This document shows, one piece after another, positions 24,601 through 35,580 of a DNA stretch of 64,000 bases (within the stretch, counting starts at the first letter, position 1; each line of letters begins with the position of its first letter). The stretch lies in contig NIVC01001966.1 of assembly GCA_002269645.1 (NCBI GenBank), forward strand, positions 124,001 through 188,000, written 5' to 3'. The notes under the pieces were generated by a model. The model saw only the letters and a program-made list of their open reading frames with translations. It made no database searches and had not been told where the DNA came from. Made by a program: the position numbers and the translations under genes. The stretch is from Macrostomum lignano. Taxonomy: Eukaryota.

Positions 24601-27600
24601 GCCAGCCTTTCACCTTGTTGTTTGTCCAAATAGACTGGCCATAAACGCTTATTTCAGCAGCGCTGGTCAGCCATGTACTGTTGACATACTCAGCCAGGTC
24701 CAGTAAAAGCGGCGCTTGCACTCCAGTGACAACTTGTGCTAGGCCGTCGTTCATGTGCTGGTATGGCAGGTAGGGCAGGTCCATCAGCATCCTGGTGAAA
24801 TTCTTCGTACCTGGTCTTTCAGGTAGGCCTGTTGCAATCCTATATACTGAATGCGACAAAATATTGCCTGTGCATAGTGAAAAAGGCAGCCTTGAAGCCT
24901 GACCATAGGGAAGACAGCTCACAAGGCCTGCCATACAGCAGCCTCAAAGTCCATTATGCAGACTTCAGGTGTTGTGTTGCTGATTGCCTCCCGTAGCGAT
25001 TGAAATACAGCAGTATAGTTGTTGACAGCTTTGCCTGACATTATAGCAAATGCTAGGGGCACCTGTTTGACTGTTGTTCCTTGCTGGATGTAGCAGTGCA
25101 TAGAGTAGAGTTGCTTGAATGGTGCATGGATGACATCAAAAGTGCCATCTAGAAACCATAGCTGACGGGATGCCAGCAGCTCAATTTGATTTGTAGTAAA
25201 AAGCAGCAAATGGTGTTTGCCAGTTCCTTCAACTTGGATGTCAGCCCGAACAAAATCTGGAGAGATACGGTCCATAGCCAGATCAAACTGGAGGTCAGAT
25301 GGGGGCATTGGATGCTCAGCTTCCCAAGCTCTGTTTGCAATCCGCACCAGTTGACAAATAGCTGGTACTTCCTGGCCAAAGTCAGTCACGCTATGGTCTA
25401 GCAGCTTCAACTCCACAATTGCAGCAGCTGATCAAAAGCACTGCTGCTTTGCTTCATCCTTGACCAGAGCGACAATGCAATGCTTCACCAACTCACAAAT
25501 TCGTGGCTCGCAGATATGGGCAGCCTGGCCACTCCAAATGCCTTGATTGTCCTAGATGGCTGATGCTGGGCACTTAAACCTTGAATTTTGCTGGGTGCAA
25601 CGCCAATAGCGTCTGTTATTTTTTCGACGTTGAGGCCCAAAACGTATTCTTGGTCACCCAGTCATTGAATGAGTAAGGGCTTGCGCTTTGTCGTGGCAGC
25701 ATCTAGCACCTCAAACTCCTTCGCCACAATGACTGCAGGCAGGTCATGAGGCTCCAGACCCTCCATCGAGACCTCAGCCATGCAAGCTGGTTCTTTGAAT
25801 GGCCCTGCATGTGATGATGACAAGATATTATAGTCAATGTTTTGTGGATGTTTTTTTTAACCTATTACCTTTAACCTTTAACCTTTAACCTACAACCTTT
25901 TACCTCCATTTTTACAAATGTGGGTTAAGGCACTAGTAAAGTATGAAGATGCCTGCCCCTTTAATACTCTCGTAGGTATGGCCCATAAAGAGTGTAACAG
26001 AGAGAGATGGGGGTGGTGTAAAGAGCAATGTGAAGGTGAGTGAGTGAGCTGAGTGAGGGAGAGAAGAGAAGAGAGAAAAAGGAGAAGAGAAAAAAGGAGA
26101 AAAGAAAGGGAAGAGAGTACAGAGAAGAGAGATGAGAGTGAAGAGAGTAGAGAAGAGAGCTGAAGAGGGGGAGAGAAGAGAGGAGAAAGAAAGGAAAAGA
26201 GAAAAGAGGAGAAAGGAGAGAGGAGAAAGAAGTGAGAAGAGAGGAGACAGAAGAGAACATAGAAGTTTCAAAGGACACAAAAGGGTCTCAACAGCTTGTA
26301 ATATTGTATATACGCTCAGCTCACTCACTCACCTGAACAGGGTTTTAAATGTACATCCCTCCTATGTACAGCTAGCTGCTCATCAGTTTTATCAGACTGA
26401 GAAAAATAAACTTAAAAGACAAACTTGCATTGCATTACATACTAATTTTTGGACTGACAAAGAGCCCAGGGGCTTAAAACTGGTAGCCTATATACTCATA
26501 CTAAATTTTAACACTCTTCTCTCTCTCAACCTCTCTCTCTCCCCCTTCTCTCTCTCTCTTTCACTTTCTCTATATCTCTCTCTTATATCAGGCACTTACC
26601 AGCATTGGCAGCATACAATTCCTCCAAAAGACCTTGTTCATCCCCCTCTGCTGGCTCTGCGACCAGAGCTGGTGCTGTCTGTGCAACTAGAGCTGGTGCT
26701 GGATCTGCGACTGGAGCTGGTGTTGGCTCTCCGACCTGAGCTGGTGCTGGCTCTGCAACCGTAGCTAGTGCTAGCCTTGCAACTGATAGAGCTGCTGGTC
26801 CTGGTACATTTTTAACAGGTTGAGTGAGCCAAGAGACAAATTGCAATTTTTACCTATTTGATATTCTTTAGTTGCCTCTGGTGTCTCTAGACATGTGCCA
26901 AATGACCACTCAAATGCGTCCATGCGCATGAAGTGTCTATACTCCGCAATCGACACATTCGTTCCACAAGCACAATGCTGCCATTGCTTGCATTTATCAC
27001 ACTGCAGAGCCTGTTGTTGCAGTCAAACACGTTCGCTGCAGAGAATGCAGCTATCAGCTGTAGCCTGCTGCATGATCGGTAAATTATATATGTAATATTG
27101 AGGAAACAAACTGATTAAATTATGACTTTGACAGGACTTCCATTTATATAGCAGTTTAGATCATTAGGGTGGGGTGACTTTGGAACTAGTGGGGTGTAAA
27201 GGACTTAACACTGGCTTAGCACTTTAGTATTAAGCATGACAGGGAGTAAAATGGCTTACAATATGGCATGATATGCGTGAATCGTGCATGATATTCTTTG
27301 AGAGCATTCCCAGATATCAAGATTTGCTATGGGGGATAAGCTTTGGTTGACTGCACTCAGCAGGGTGGAGGGGTAAGAAGGTGCATGCTGCAGTCCACTA
27401 ATTTTCACGACTCCACAGGGGACTATTAGCAGTCCTCCTGATGTGTTTTGATAGTATGAATGCCCACTGCACCATGTACTATATGGATGCATGTACTGTA
27501 TGCAGATTGCATAAAACACAAATGCTCAAGATTCATTGATGCCCCGATGCATATGGGTATAAGTGTACATAGGTGACATATTTGCATCTAGAATATTCGT

Positions 27601-30600
27601 ACCAGAACATTTAACCTATCGAATACATGTATAATGGGCATGCAGTTAACATATATATACTGTACACTGTAACAAAATTGAAAAGTTTGATTGTTTCAAA
27701 TAATATTAATTATTAAAACAAATTCATCGATATAACAATTATTGTAAGCTACACTGCTGTATGAACTACATATCATTCATATAATGACAATTTTGGTCAC
27801 TTCGTCAACAAGCAAATGGGAAGGACCTAGGCATTGGTCACTTTGTCAACCACCAGTAAAGTCGCCTTAACACTTTGGTCACTTCATCAACCAAGTTGAC
27901 AAAATGACCATCACCCAACTCCCAAACCACGCAACCAAATTATAATAAATTTTATACCCACCCTAAACTCACTATAGAGAATGTCTTAGACTACTTTAAA
28001 ATATCCTACTTAAAATTAAGTCTTCCTACTTTAAAGTGCAAAAAATTTCTCAAAAAGCTCTACTTTTTTACTAAATTTTGTGATTGTGATGGGAATTAAT
28101 TAGCCATTTTAGTTCATAGATATGGCAGTTTACATATATAATATGAAAACATACATTCAATTCAGCTATAAGTTAGTCAAATTGACATAGTTTTCTTTTA
28201 AATATAGACAAAACTTTTTAGTAATTTTAAGTATCCAAGGCATCATTTTAAAGTTAAGATATGCATAAATATATAACTGATATTTAGGACTTTGAGACAA
28301 AAGAAATCAACACTGTGTAGCAACAAAAATATCTAATGTAATATTGAGGCCTTTTTAATTTCAGTCTAGACACACTTCAAGTGCAATTTTTGCCAAGTAT
28401 AAACATTGACTAGGAGTGCTCGCAATGTCAGTTAAAAATTAAATGATGCATAAGCTTTAGATTAAAACTTAACTGATGACAAGCAAATATTTTTAGCAGA
28501 GCAAGAGTTTCTTTTTTTTTACTTAGAGTTGAGCAGGAAATATGCAAACATGCTTTAAACACAAAAATGTCCATAGAGTCAATACAATATTATATGTGGC
28601 ACATATTGTTGCTGGGATGGGCATAATGGTATAGAAATTATTTTTTATTCAAAAAGATCTTTATTAAGTTTGAAAATTCCTTTCAAATTTAAAGCAAAGT
28701 AGTAAAACTAAACTTTTGTGTTGCTAAACCATAGTTTTTTATGTTTTTCTTTAATTTGACCATAAAAAACTTTTAAATGAAAAGAAAGCTTAAAGATGCA
28801 TAAAAAGATGAAAAAAATCTGCAATAAATATCTTTGTTAAACAGAGCACTCATTTATTTGAATAATCTATCTATTAAATATCTATCAGGAAATCACTATA
28901 TTTTTGTTGTTTGTTCAAAAACCTATTTGGCTTTAGCTATAGATATAGCTATGGGAAGTTATGAATGTGGAGGTTTTTAAACAAAGCATATGGATATATA
29001 GTTACAGGAACACATACTTCCTATATCTAGTAATGTCATCTAACTGAGACTTAAAATACTAATGGGGCTGTTGATTTGATGGGGTTAAGGGATAAATGAA
29101 TGTTGCCAGTTTCAAAATGAGGGAAAATCCCAAGTCCTTAGAATTTAGGACTTAAGCAACAGATTCCAGTGACATGTCCATGTTGTGGTTGTGGTGGTAG
29201 GGGCTTAAGTTAAGATGTTTTTAATTTCAAAGGGGAGTTCTTAAGTCCTTGCATGGATTTTGGAATTATTCAATAGAGAGTCTTGATGCCATATGCACAT
29301 TGTGGTTGGGTGGTAGGAGCAATGTTGAGATAAATATTTTACTTTCAATTCAAGGGGAGCTCTTAAGTCCTTGGGGTTGGGAACTAGACAACTTAACAAT
29401 GAGAAAAGCCTTTAAACTACCATATTTTTACATTTGTAGTAATTACAGCAATTTGCTTGTCTGTAGACAGTATTTCATAGTCATAATTACAGTTCTTTAA
29501 CACCAATTTCTTACTAAGCTAGTCATTGAGTTTTGTCCATCTATTTACAAGTATTTTTAAGATAATGGTCCTATGCTTGGATTATGAAGGACCTAATATT
29601 CATTGAATCTGTCAGAGGGTCAGATTTAGAGTAGCCCATAGAGATTGTGTTTTTTTCAAATTAGACTCTACTAATAGTAGTAAATAAATATTACTAAATT
29701 GGCAGATGCCCGAATGCGAATGGGCCGCGAATACCAGGCCGTTCCGCCTAGTCTGGTTGGCCGCCCCGGCAGCCGGTGCCAGTCGCCTGACAGGGCTCTC
29801 TGCGTGTGGAAGCCTTTGCCAGAGGCTGGGTCTGATGAGGCGGCTGTCTCACTTACCGATGACCAGGTTGGTCTTATGCCTGATTCATATTTGGGAAGAA
29901 AAATGGGGATTTGGGATTTCAGATGACACGGAATTTAAATTTAAGATGTTTGATTTTGGGATTTCGAATTTTCGAATCGGATTTGGATTTCAGATAATCG
30001 CAATTTGGGATTTCAGATTATCAGGATTTGGATTTCAGATTATCAGGATTTGGATTTCAGATTATCGGGATTTGGATTTCAGATTATCAGGATTTGGATT
30101 TCAGATTATCAGGATTTCAGATTATCAGGATTTGGATTTCAGATTATCAGGATTTCAGATTTCAGATTATCTAGATTTGGATTTCAGATTATCAGGATTG
30201 GAATTTCAGATAATCGGGATTGGGATTTCAGATTATCGGGATTTGGATTTCAGATTATCTGGATTTGGATTTCAGATTATCAGGATTTGGATTTTAAATT
30301 ATCAGGATTTGGATTTCAGATTATCAGGATTTGGATTTCAGATTATCGGGATTTGGATTTCAGATTATCGGGATTTGGATTTCAGATTATCAGGATTTGG
30401 AATTTAGATTATCAGGATTGGGATTTCAGATTATCAGGATTGGGATTTCAGATTATTAGGATTGGGATTTCAGATTATCAGTATTTGCATTTCAGATTAT
30501 CGGGATTTGGATTTCAGATTATCGGGATTTGAATTGGATTATCAGGATTTGGATTTCAGATTATCGGGATTTGGAATTTTTTTGGACTCGCTTGGGTACT

Positions 30601-32441
30601 CCCTTAAAGAAATGTCACATGTGCTCATTTCAAGGTGGCAAATTTCGTAGACCTGGCCCGGGATCGATTCGGCTACACTACTGAGCAGGCGCTGGGCATG
30701 CTCTACTGGCACAAGCACAACGTTGAGCTGGCCACGGTCGACCTGCCGAATTTCATTCCATACCCAGACGAATGGACTAACGAAGAGAAGGTCGTGTTCG
30801 ACCAGGCCTTCAGCTTCCAGGGCAAGCAGTTTCACAAGATTATCCACGCCCTGCCGGACAAGACTGTGCCGCATCTGGTGCGTAACTTTTTTCAGGAATT
30901 ATTCCAGTTGTGTCAGAGTTCGTCTACTGATAAGTAGAAAGTATAGAGTTTTTTTCGCGAAAAGCTTGCATGTTGGGAAAATAAAAACGTAACAAAGTAT
31001 CTAATCTAAATAGGCCGCTTGATAAAGTAGATGTCGGCGAACTCTCTACTCGCAAAGCCTCTCTATCCGGCCCTCGGGTCCTTTGAAACTTTACAATCCT
31101 ACACAGGTGAAATACTATTACCAGTGGAAGAAGAACAGAGCCAAAACCTCGCTGATTGAACGGCGCGGTGGTCAAGGCGGCAGCGGTAACGGCCAAGGCG
31201 GCCAAGGCGGTGACGACGAGACCGGCTCCGAGTGCTCCGACGGCGAGTTGCCCGAGCTGCGGCCAGGCGGTCGTCGGGTTCGCCAGAAGCAGCAGCAGTC
31301 GGCTACGCAGAAGGCCAACAAGCAGCCGTCATCGCAGCAGCAGCAGCATCACAAGCGCAAACTGCCACGAGGAATTTTCCTTGACTACGACGCTCTGCTG
31401 TCCATGTCCGCCCAGGGTGCCGGCCGCGCCTCCGTCGTCGTCGACGCCCTAGACGCTCAACTGGCCTCAGCCAGGTCGCGCGTACGAAGAAATCGTGCTC
31501 AGCTCACCCAGCGATGGGAGTCCCTGCTGAGTGAAATTCAGGTGAGATTTATCTGTGCTAGGATGACGGTCTCGACACTCACGACTAGGAGGCGATTGCC
31601 TCTGAGTCCCAAAAAAATCGCCTAAGTTTCAGTAAGAATCCCCCCTGAGTTTCAGTAAGAATCGCCCTTAAGTTTCAGTAAGAGTCGCCCCTAAGTTTCA
31701 GTAATAATCGCCCCTGAGTTTCAGTAAGAATCGCCCCTAAGTTTCAGTAAGAATCGCCCCTAAGTTTCAGTAATAATCGCCCTTAAGTTTCAGTAAGAAT
31801 CGCCCCTAAGTTTCAGTAAGAATCGCCCCTAAGTTTCAGTAAGAATAGCCCCTAAGTTTCAGTAAGAATCGCCCCTGAGTTTCAGTAAGAATCGCCGCTG
31901 AGTTCCAAAAAGAACCGCCCCTGAGTTTCAGTAAGAATCGCCCCTGAGTTTCAGTAAGAATCGCCCCTGAGTTTCAGTAAGAATCGCCCCTGAGTTTCAG
32001 TAAGAATCGCCGCTGAGTTCCAAAAAGAACCGCCCCTGAGTTCTAGTGAGAATCGCTGCTGAGTTCCAGTAAAAATCGCCCAGCTGAGTTGTAGTAAAAA
32101 TCGCCCAGCTGAGTTGTAGTAAAAATCGCCCAGCTGAGTTCTAGTACGAATCGCCCCTGAGTTTCAAAAACTCAGCGCCACTGTCGCACCTCAACCCACA
32201 CTACCAGGCCTACCAGGAGCCGGATGCAGAGGGCCAGATCTCGTACAAATGGACCGACGAGGAGCTGCTGCTGGCTGTGCAGGGTGTCCGCCGTTACGGC
32301 AAAGACTTCCGTTCGATTGCGCAACTAATTGGCAGCAAAACGGAGAATCACGTTCGCTATTTCTTTGCTCAGTACCGATCGAAATTCGGACTGGACTCTG
32401 TGCTGGCCGAGTACAATCGGGAGTCCGCTGGAAAACAGTAG
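21675..32441 (+). CDS. RCOR: REST corepressor (CoREST) ortholog with ELM2 and two SANT domains
   Basis: Exons 21675-22032 (putative exon 1, phase 1), 29706-29866, 30635-30877, 31107-31541 and 32208-32441; all phases join. Motifs MRMGREYQA, GYTTEQALGMLYWHKHN, FIPYPDEWTNEEKVVFDQAF, VKYYYQWKK and KWTDEELLLAVQGVRRYGKDF match RCOR. Confidence 0.9.
23200..23986. mobile_element. MITE nested in the MULE (787 bp)
   Basis: TIR ggctcattccatataag(c)atgg / ccatcttatatggaatgagcc; CACT direct repeat on both sides (23196-23199 and 23987-23990); internal ttatggtcgtaac repeats. Confidence 0.75.
26040..26262. repeat. GA-rich simple repeat
   Basis: Purine-only gagaagagaa-type tract. Confidence 0.9.
29950..30575. 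repeat. Minisatellite, unit about 22 bp, in RCOR intron 2
   Basis: (ggatttggatttcagattatca)n. Confidence 0.95.
31616..32165. repeat. Minisatellite, 23-bp unit, in RCOR intron 4
   Basis: (gaatcgcccctgagtttcagtaa)n. Confidence 0.95.
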
Positions 32442-32489
32442 CAACTGTGTCTTCTGGGTGCTAATATTGATCAGCTGTTTTTTGGTGTC

Positions 32490-33270
32490 ATCGTTGCTAT
32501 GGCAATGAATTTGCTGTTGTCAGTGTTTAGCGTCATGGTTGCTATGGTGATAAACCAGCTGTTGTCGGTGTTTAGCGTCATGGTTGCTATAGTGATAAAT
32601 CAGCTGTTGTCAGTGTTTAGCGTCATGGTTGCTATGGTGATAAATCAGCCGTTGTCAGTGTTTAGCGTCATGGTTGCTATGGTGATAAATCAGCTGTTGT
32701 CATTGTTTAGCATCATGGTTGCTATAGTGATAAATCAGCTGTTGTCAGTGTTTAGCGTCATGGTTGCTATGGTGATAAATCAGCTGTTGTCATTATGTAG
32801 CGTCATGGTTGCTATGGTGATAAATCAGCTGTTGTCATTGTTTAGCGTCATGGTTGCTATGGTGATAAATCAGCTGTTGTCATTATGTAGCGTCATGGTT
32901 GCTATGGTGATAAATCAGCTTTTGTCATTGTTTAGCGTCATGGTTGCTATGGTGATAAATCAGCTGTTGTCATTATGTAGCGTCATGGTTGCTATGGTGA
33001 TAAATCAGCTTTTGTCAGTGTTTAGCGTCATGGTTGCTATGGTGATAAATCAGCCGTTGTCAGTGTTTAGCGTCATGGTTGCTATGGTGATAAATCAGCT
33101 GTTGTCATTGTTTAGCGTCATGGTTGCTATAGTGATAAATCAGCTGTTGTCAGTGTTTAGCGTCATGGTTGCTATGGTGATAAATCAGCTGTTGTCATTG
33201 TTTAGCGTCATGGTTGCTATGGTGATAAATCAGCTGTTGTCAGTGTTTAGCGTCATGGTTGCTATGGTGA
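32490..33270. repeat. Minisatellite, 45-bp unit, just downstream of the RCOR stop codon
   Basis: (catggttgctatggtgataaatcagctgttgtcagtgtttagcgt)n, about 17 units. Confidence 0.95.
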
Positions 33271-33869
33271 GGTTCATTCACAACCAGTTCAGCTGAATCA
33301 AAAAAGTTTTAATCGTTATTTTTGCGAACCGTTTGACATTTATAGGTAGAAAGTGTACTTCAAGTGTGACTGGGTCGTTGTTGAAATTTTATATATCTGT
33401 GTAAAACCTTAAATATATTTTGTTATTTGCTACTCATTAGTAGTTTAGGGCGAAGAAAGTACTAGTCACTGATAATTAAATGCTATTTCTAATCTCAAAT
33501 TCATTAGGATTAGCATAAAAAACCGGCTATAAAAATCAATGTAAAAAATTCTTCCCATTTTGTGCAATGATTTTCATTTCTCAATGTACTTTATCGTGTG
33601 TAAATAATGTTTAACAATTGTCGGTAATTATATTCTCGCGCAGTTGTGGTTTAAACTTGCACACAATCATACGGCCATGCATTGATATAATAATTGTACC
33701 AACTTCGCGTGTTAAACGCATTCTACGATCGATAACTTCTTTAGTGCTTCAAAATTCCAAAACTAATTTTTTTTTTTTGGTATTTTTAGATAGAAAATCT
33801 GTTAATATTGCCCTTGTGTGTTATTAAGAATCCCTTCTAAGTTCATTTCATGACTTCATTGATGCCCCC

Positions 33870-34696
33870 AAAATCCATTTAGAATCGCTTCTAAATTCAA
33901 TTTAGAATCGCCACTACAATCCATTTAGAATCGCCCCTACATTCCATTTAGAATCGCCCCTGCATTCCATTTAGAATCGCCCCTACATTCAATTTATAAT
34001 CGCCGCTACAATCCATTTAGAATCTCCCCTAGATTCCATTTAGAATCTCCCCTCTCTTCAATTTAGAATCGCCCCTCTCTTCAATTTAGAATCGCCCCTC
34101 TCTTTAATTTAGAATCGCCCTCTCTTCAATTTAGAATCGCCCCTCTCTTCAATTTAGAATCGCCCCTCTCTTCAATTTAGAATCGCCCCTCTCTTCAATT
34201 TAGAATCGCCCCTCTCTTCAATTTAGAATCGCCCCTCTCTTCAATTTAGAATCGCCACTGCATTCAATTTAGAATCGCCCCTGCATTCAATTTAGAATCG
34301 CCCCTAGGTTCAATTTAGAATCGCCCTTAGATTCAATTTAGAATCGCCCCTGCATTTCATTTAGAATCGCCCCTAGATTCCATTTAGAATCGCCCCTGCA
34401 TTCCATTTAGAATCGCCACTGCATTCAATTTAGAATCGCCCCTGCATTCAATTTAGAATCGCCCCTAGGTTCAATTTAGAATCGCCCTTAGATTCAATTT
34501 AGAATCGCCCCTGCATTCAATTTAGAATCGCCCCTAGGTTCAATTTAGAATCGCCCTTAGATTCAATTTAGAATCGCCCCTGCATTCAATTTAGAATCGC
34601 CCCTGCATTCAATTTAGAATCGCCCCTGCATTCCATTTAGAATCGCCCCTGCATTTCATTTAGAATCGCCTCTGCATTCCATTTAGAATCGCCCAA
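33870..34696. repeat. Minisatellite, 23-bp unit, upstream of FCHO
   Basis: (gaatcgcccctgcattcaattta)n. Confidence 0.95.
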
Positions 34697-34805
34697 AAAT
34701 CTTTAATAACTTGAGCAAACGCAAAAATTCTACTATAAGTAGAACATCGCACATTAATAATAAAATTCGCCGGCCTTCATGCCGACCCAGCGGCACCGTT
34801 AGAGC

Positions 34806-35338
34806 ATGTCGCGCAGCGGCAGCACGGTCGCCGGCGGCCTATTTGTGGCCAATTATTGGGGCGAGAAGCACAACGGCTTCGATGCTTTGTATTCGAATTT
34901 CAATGCCCAGAGCTGCCAGGCCACCGCCGAGCTGCTGGCATTTATGCGCGACTATCAGCAGCTGGAGGATGCGCACCACAAAGGCCTGGTGAAGCTCAGC
35001 AGGAAGCTGGCCTCCTCCAAGTCTCTGACTGGCGGCACCGGCAGCTTCACGCCCTGCTGGGACGTCCTCCTGGCTGCTGTGGACCAGATGGCCACGGCCT
35101 ACTCTGACCTGGCCTCCAACAGCCAGACCCTGCTGCGGGACATTCAGAAGCACAGCGAGGAGCAGCAGCGGGCGACTAAAGGATTCAAGGACAGCGAGCA
35201 CCAGCGGACCATGAATAACTGCGCCGCTGCCAAGACCTGCTTCGGCATGGTGCAGAGCAAGAGGCAGGCCTGCCAGACCCGGCATGCTGAGGCTAGAAAG
35301 GTCAGCTGTCTGTCTGCCTGTCTGTCAGGTCTGTCTGT

Positions 35339-35399
<61 letters not shown>

Positions 35400-35544
35400 T
35401 GTCTGTCTGTCTGCCTGCCTTTCCGTCTGTCTGTCTGTCTGTCTGCCTGTCCGTCCGTCTGCCTGTCTGTCTATCAGGTCCGCCTGTCTGTCTGTCAGGT
35501 CTATCTATCTATCAGGTCTGTCTGTCTGTCTGTCTGTCTATCAG

Positions 35545-35580
<36 letters not shown>

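Larger units (their letters stand above)
22616..27916 (-). mobile_element. Mutator-like element (MULE), about 5.3 kb, in RCOR intron 1, with degenerate PHD, FLYWCH and MULE transposase regions
   Basis: Imperfect TIRs gggtcttagtcatttcgtcaac / gttgacaaaatgaccatcaccc; flanks gactccca / aactccca (8-bp TSD, 1 mismatch); subterminal ggtcactttgtcaac repeats; WFLDGTF..FKQLY..QVPLAFAIM..CIMDFEAA (24919-25416); RYWRCT..FKCPA..HICEP (about 25500-25640); CILC..QCDKCKQWQHCAC (about 26880-27060). Confidence 0.88.

Noticed and set aside
25855-25900. Telomere-like repeat (cctttaa)n
   Set aside because: Only 3-4 imperfect units inside the MULE and not TTAGGG.
29706-30532. Long repeat ORFs (DFRLSGFGFQII)n and similar ones at 35284-35697 and 37573-38457
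   Set aside because: Translations of intronic mini- and microsatellites.
32499-33296. 265-aa hydrophobic repeat ORF (MVAMVINQLLSVFSV)n
   Set aside because: By-product of a 45-bp minisatellite with a stop-free frame; no evidence of coding function.
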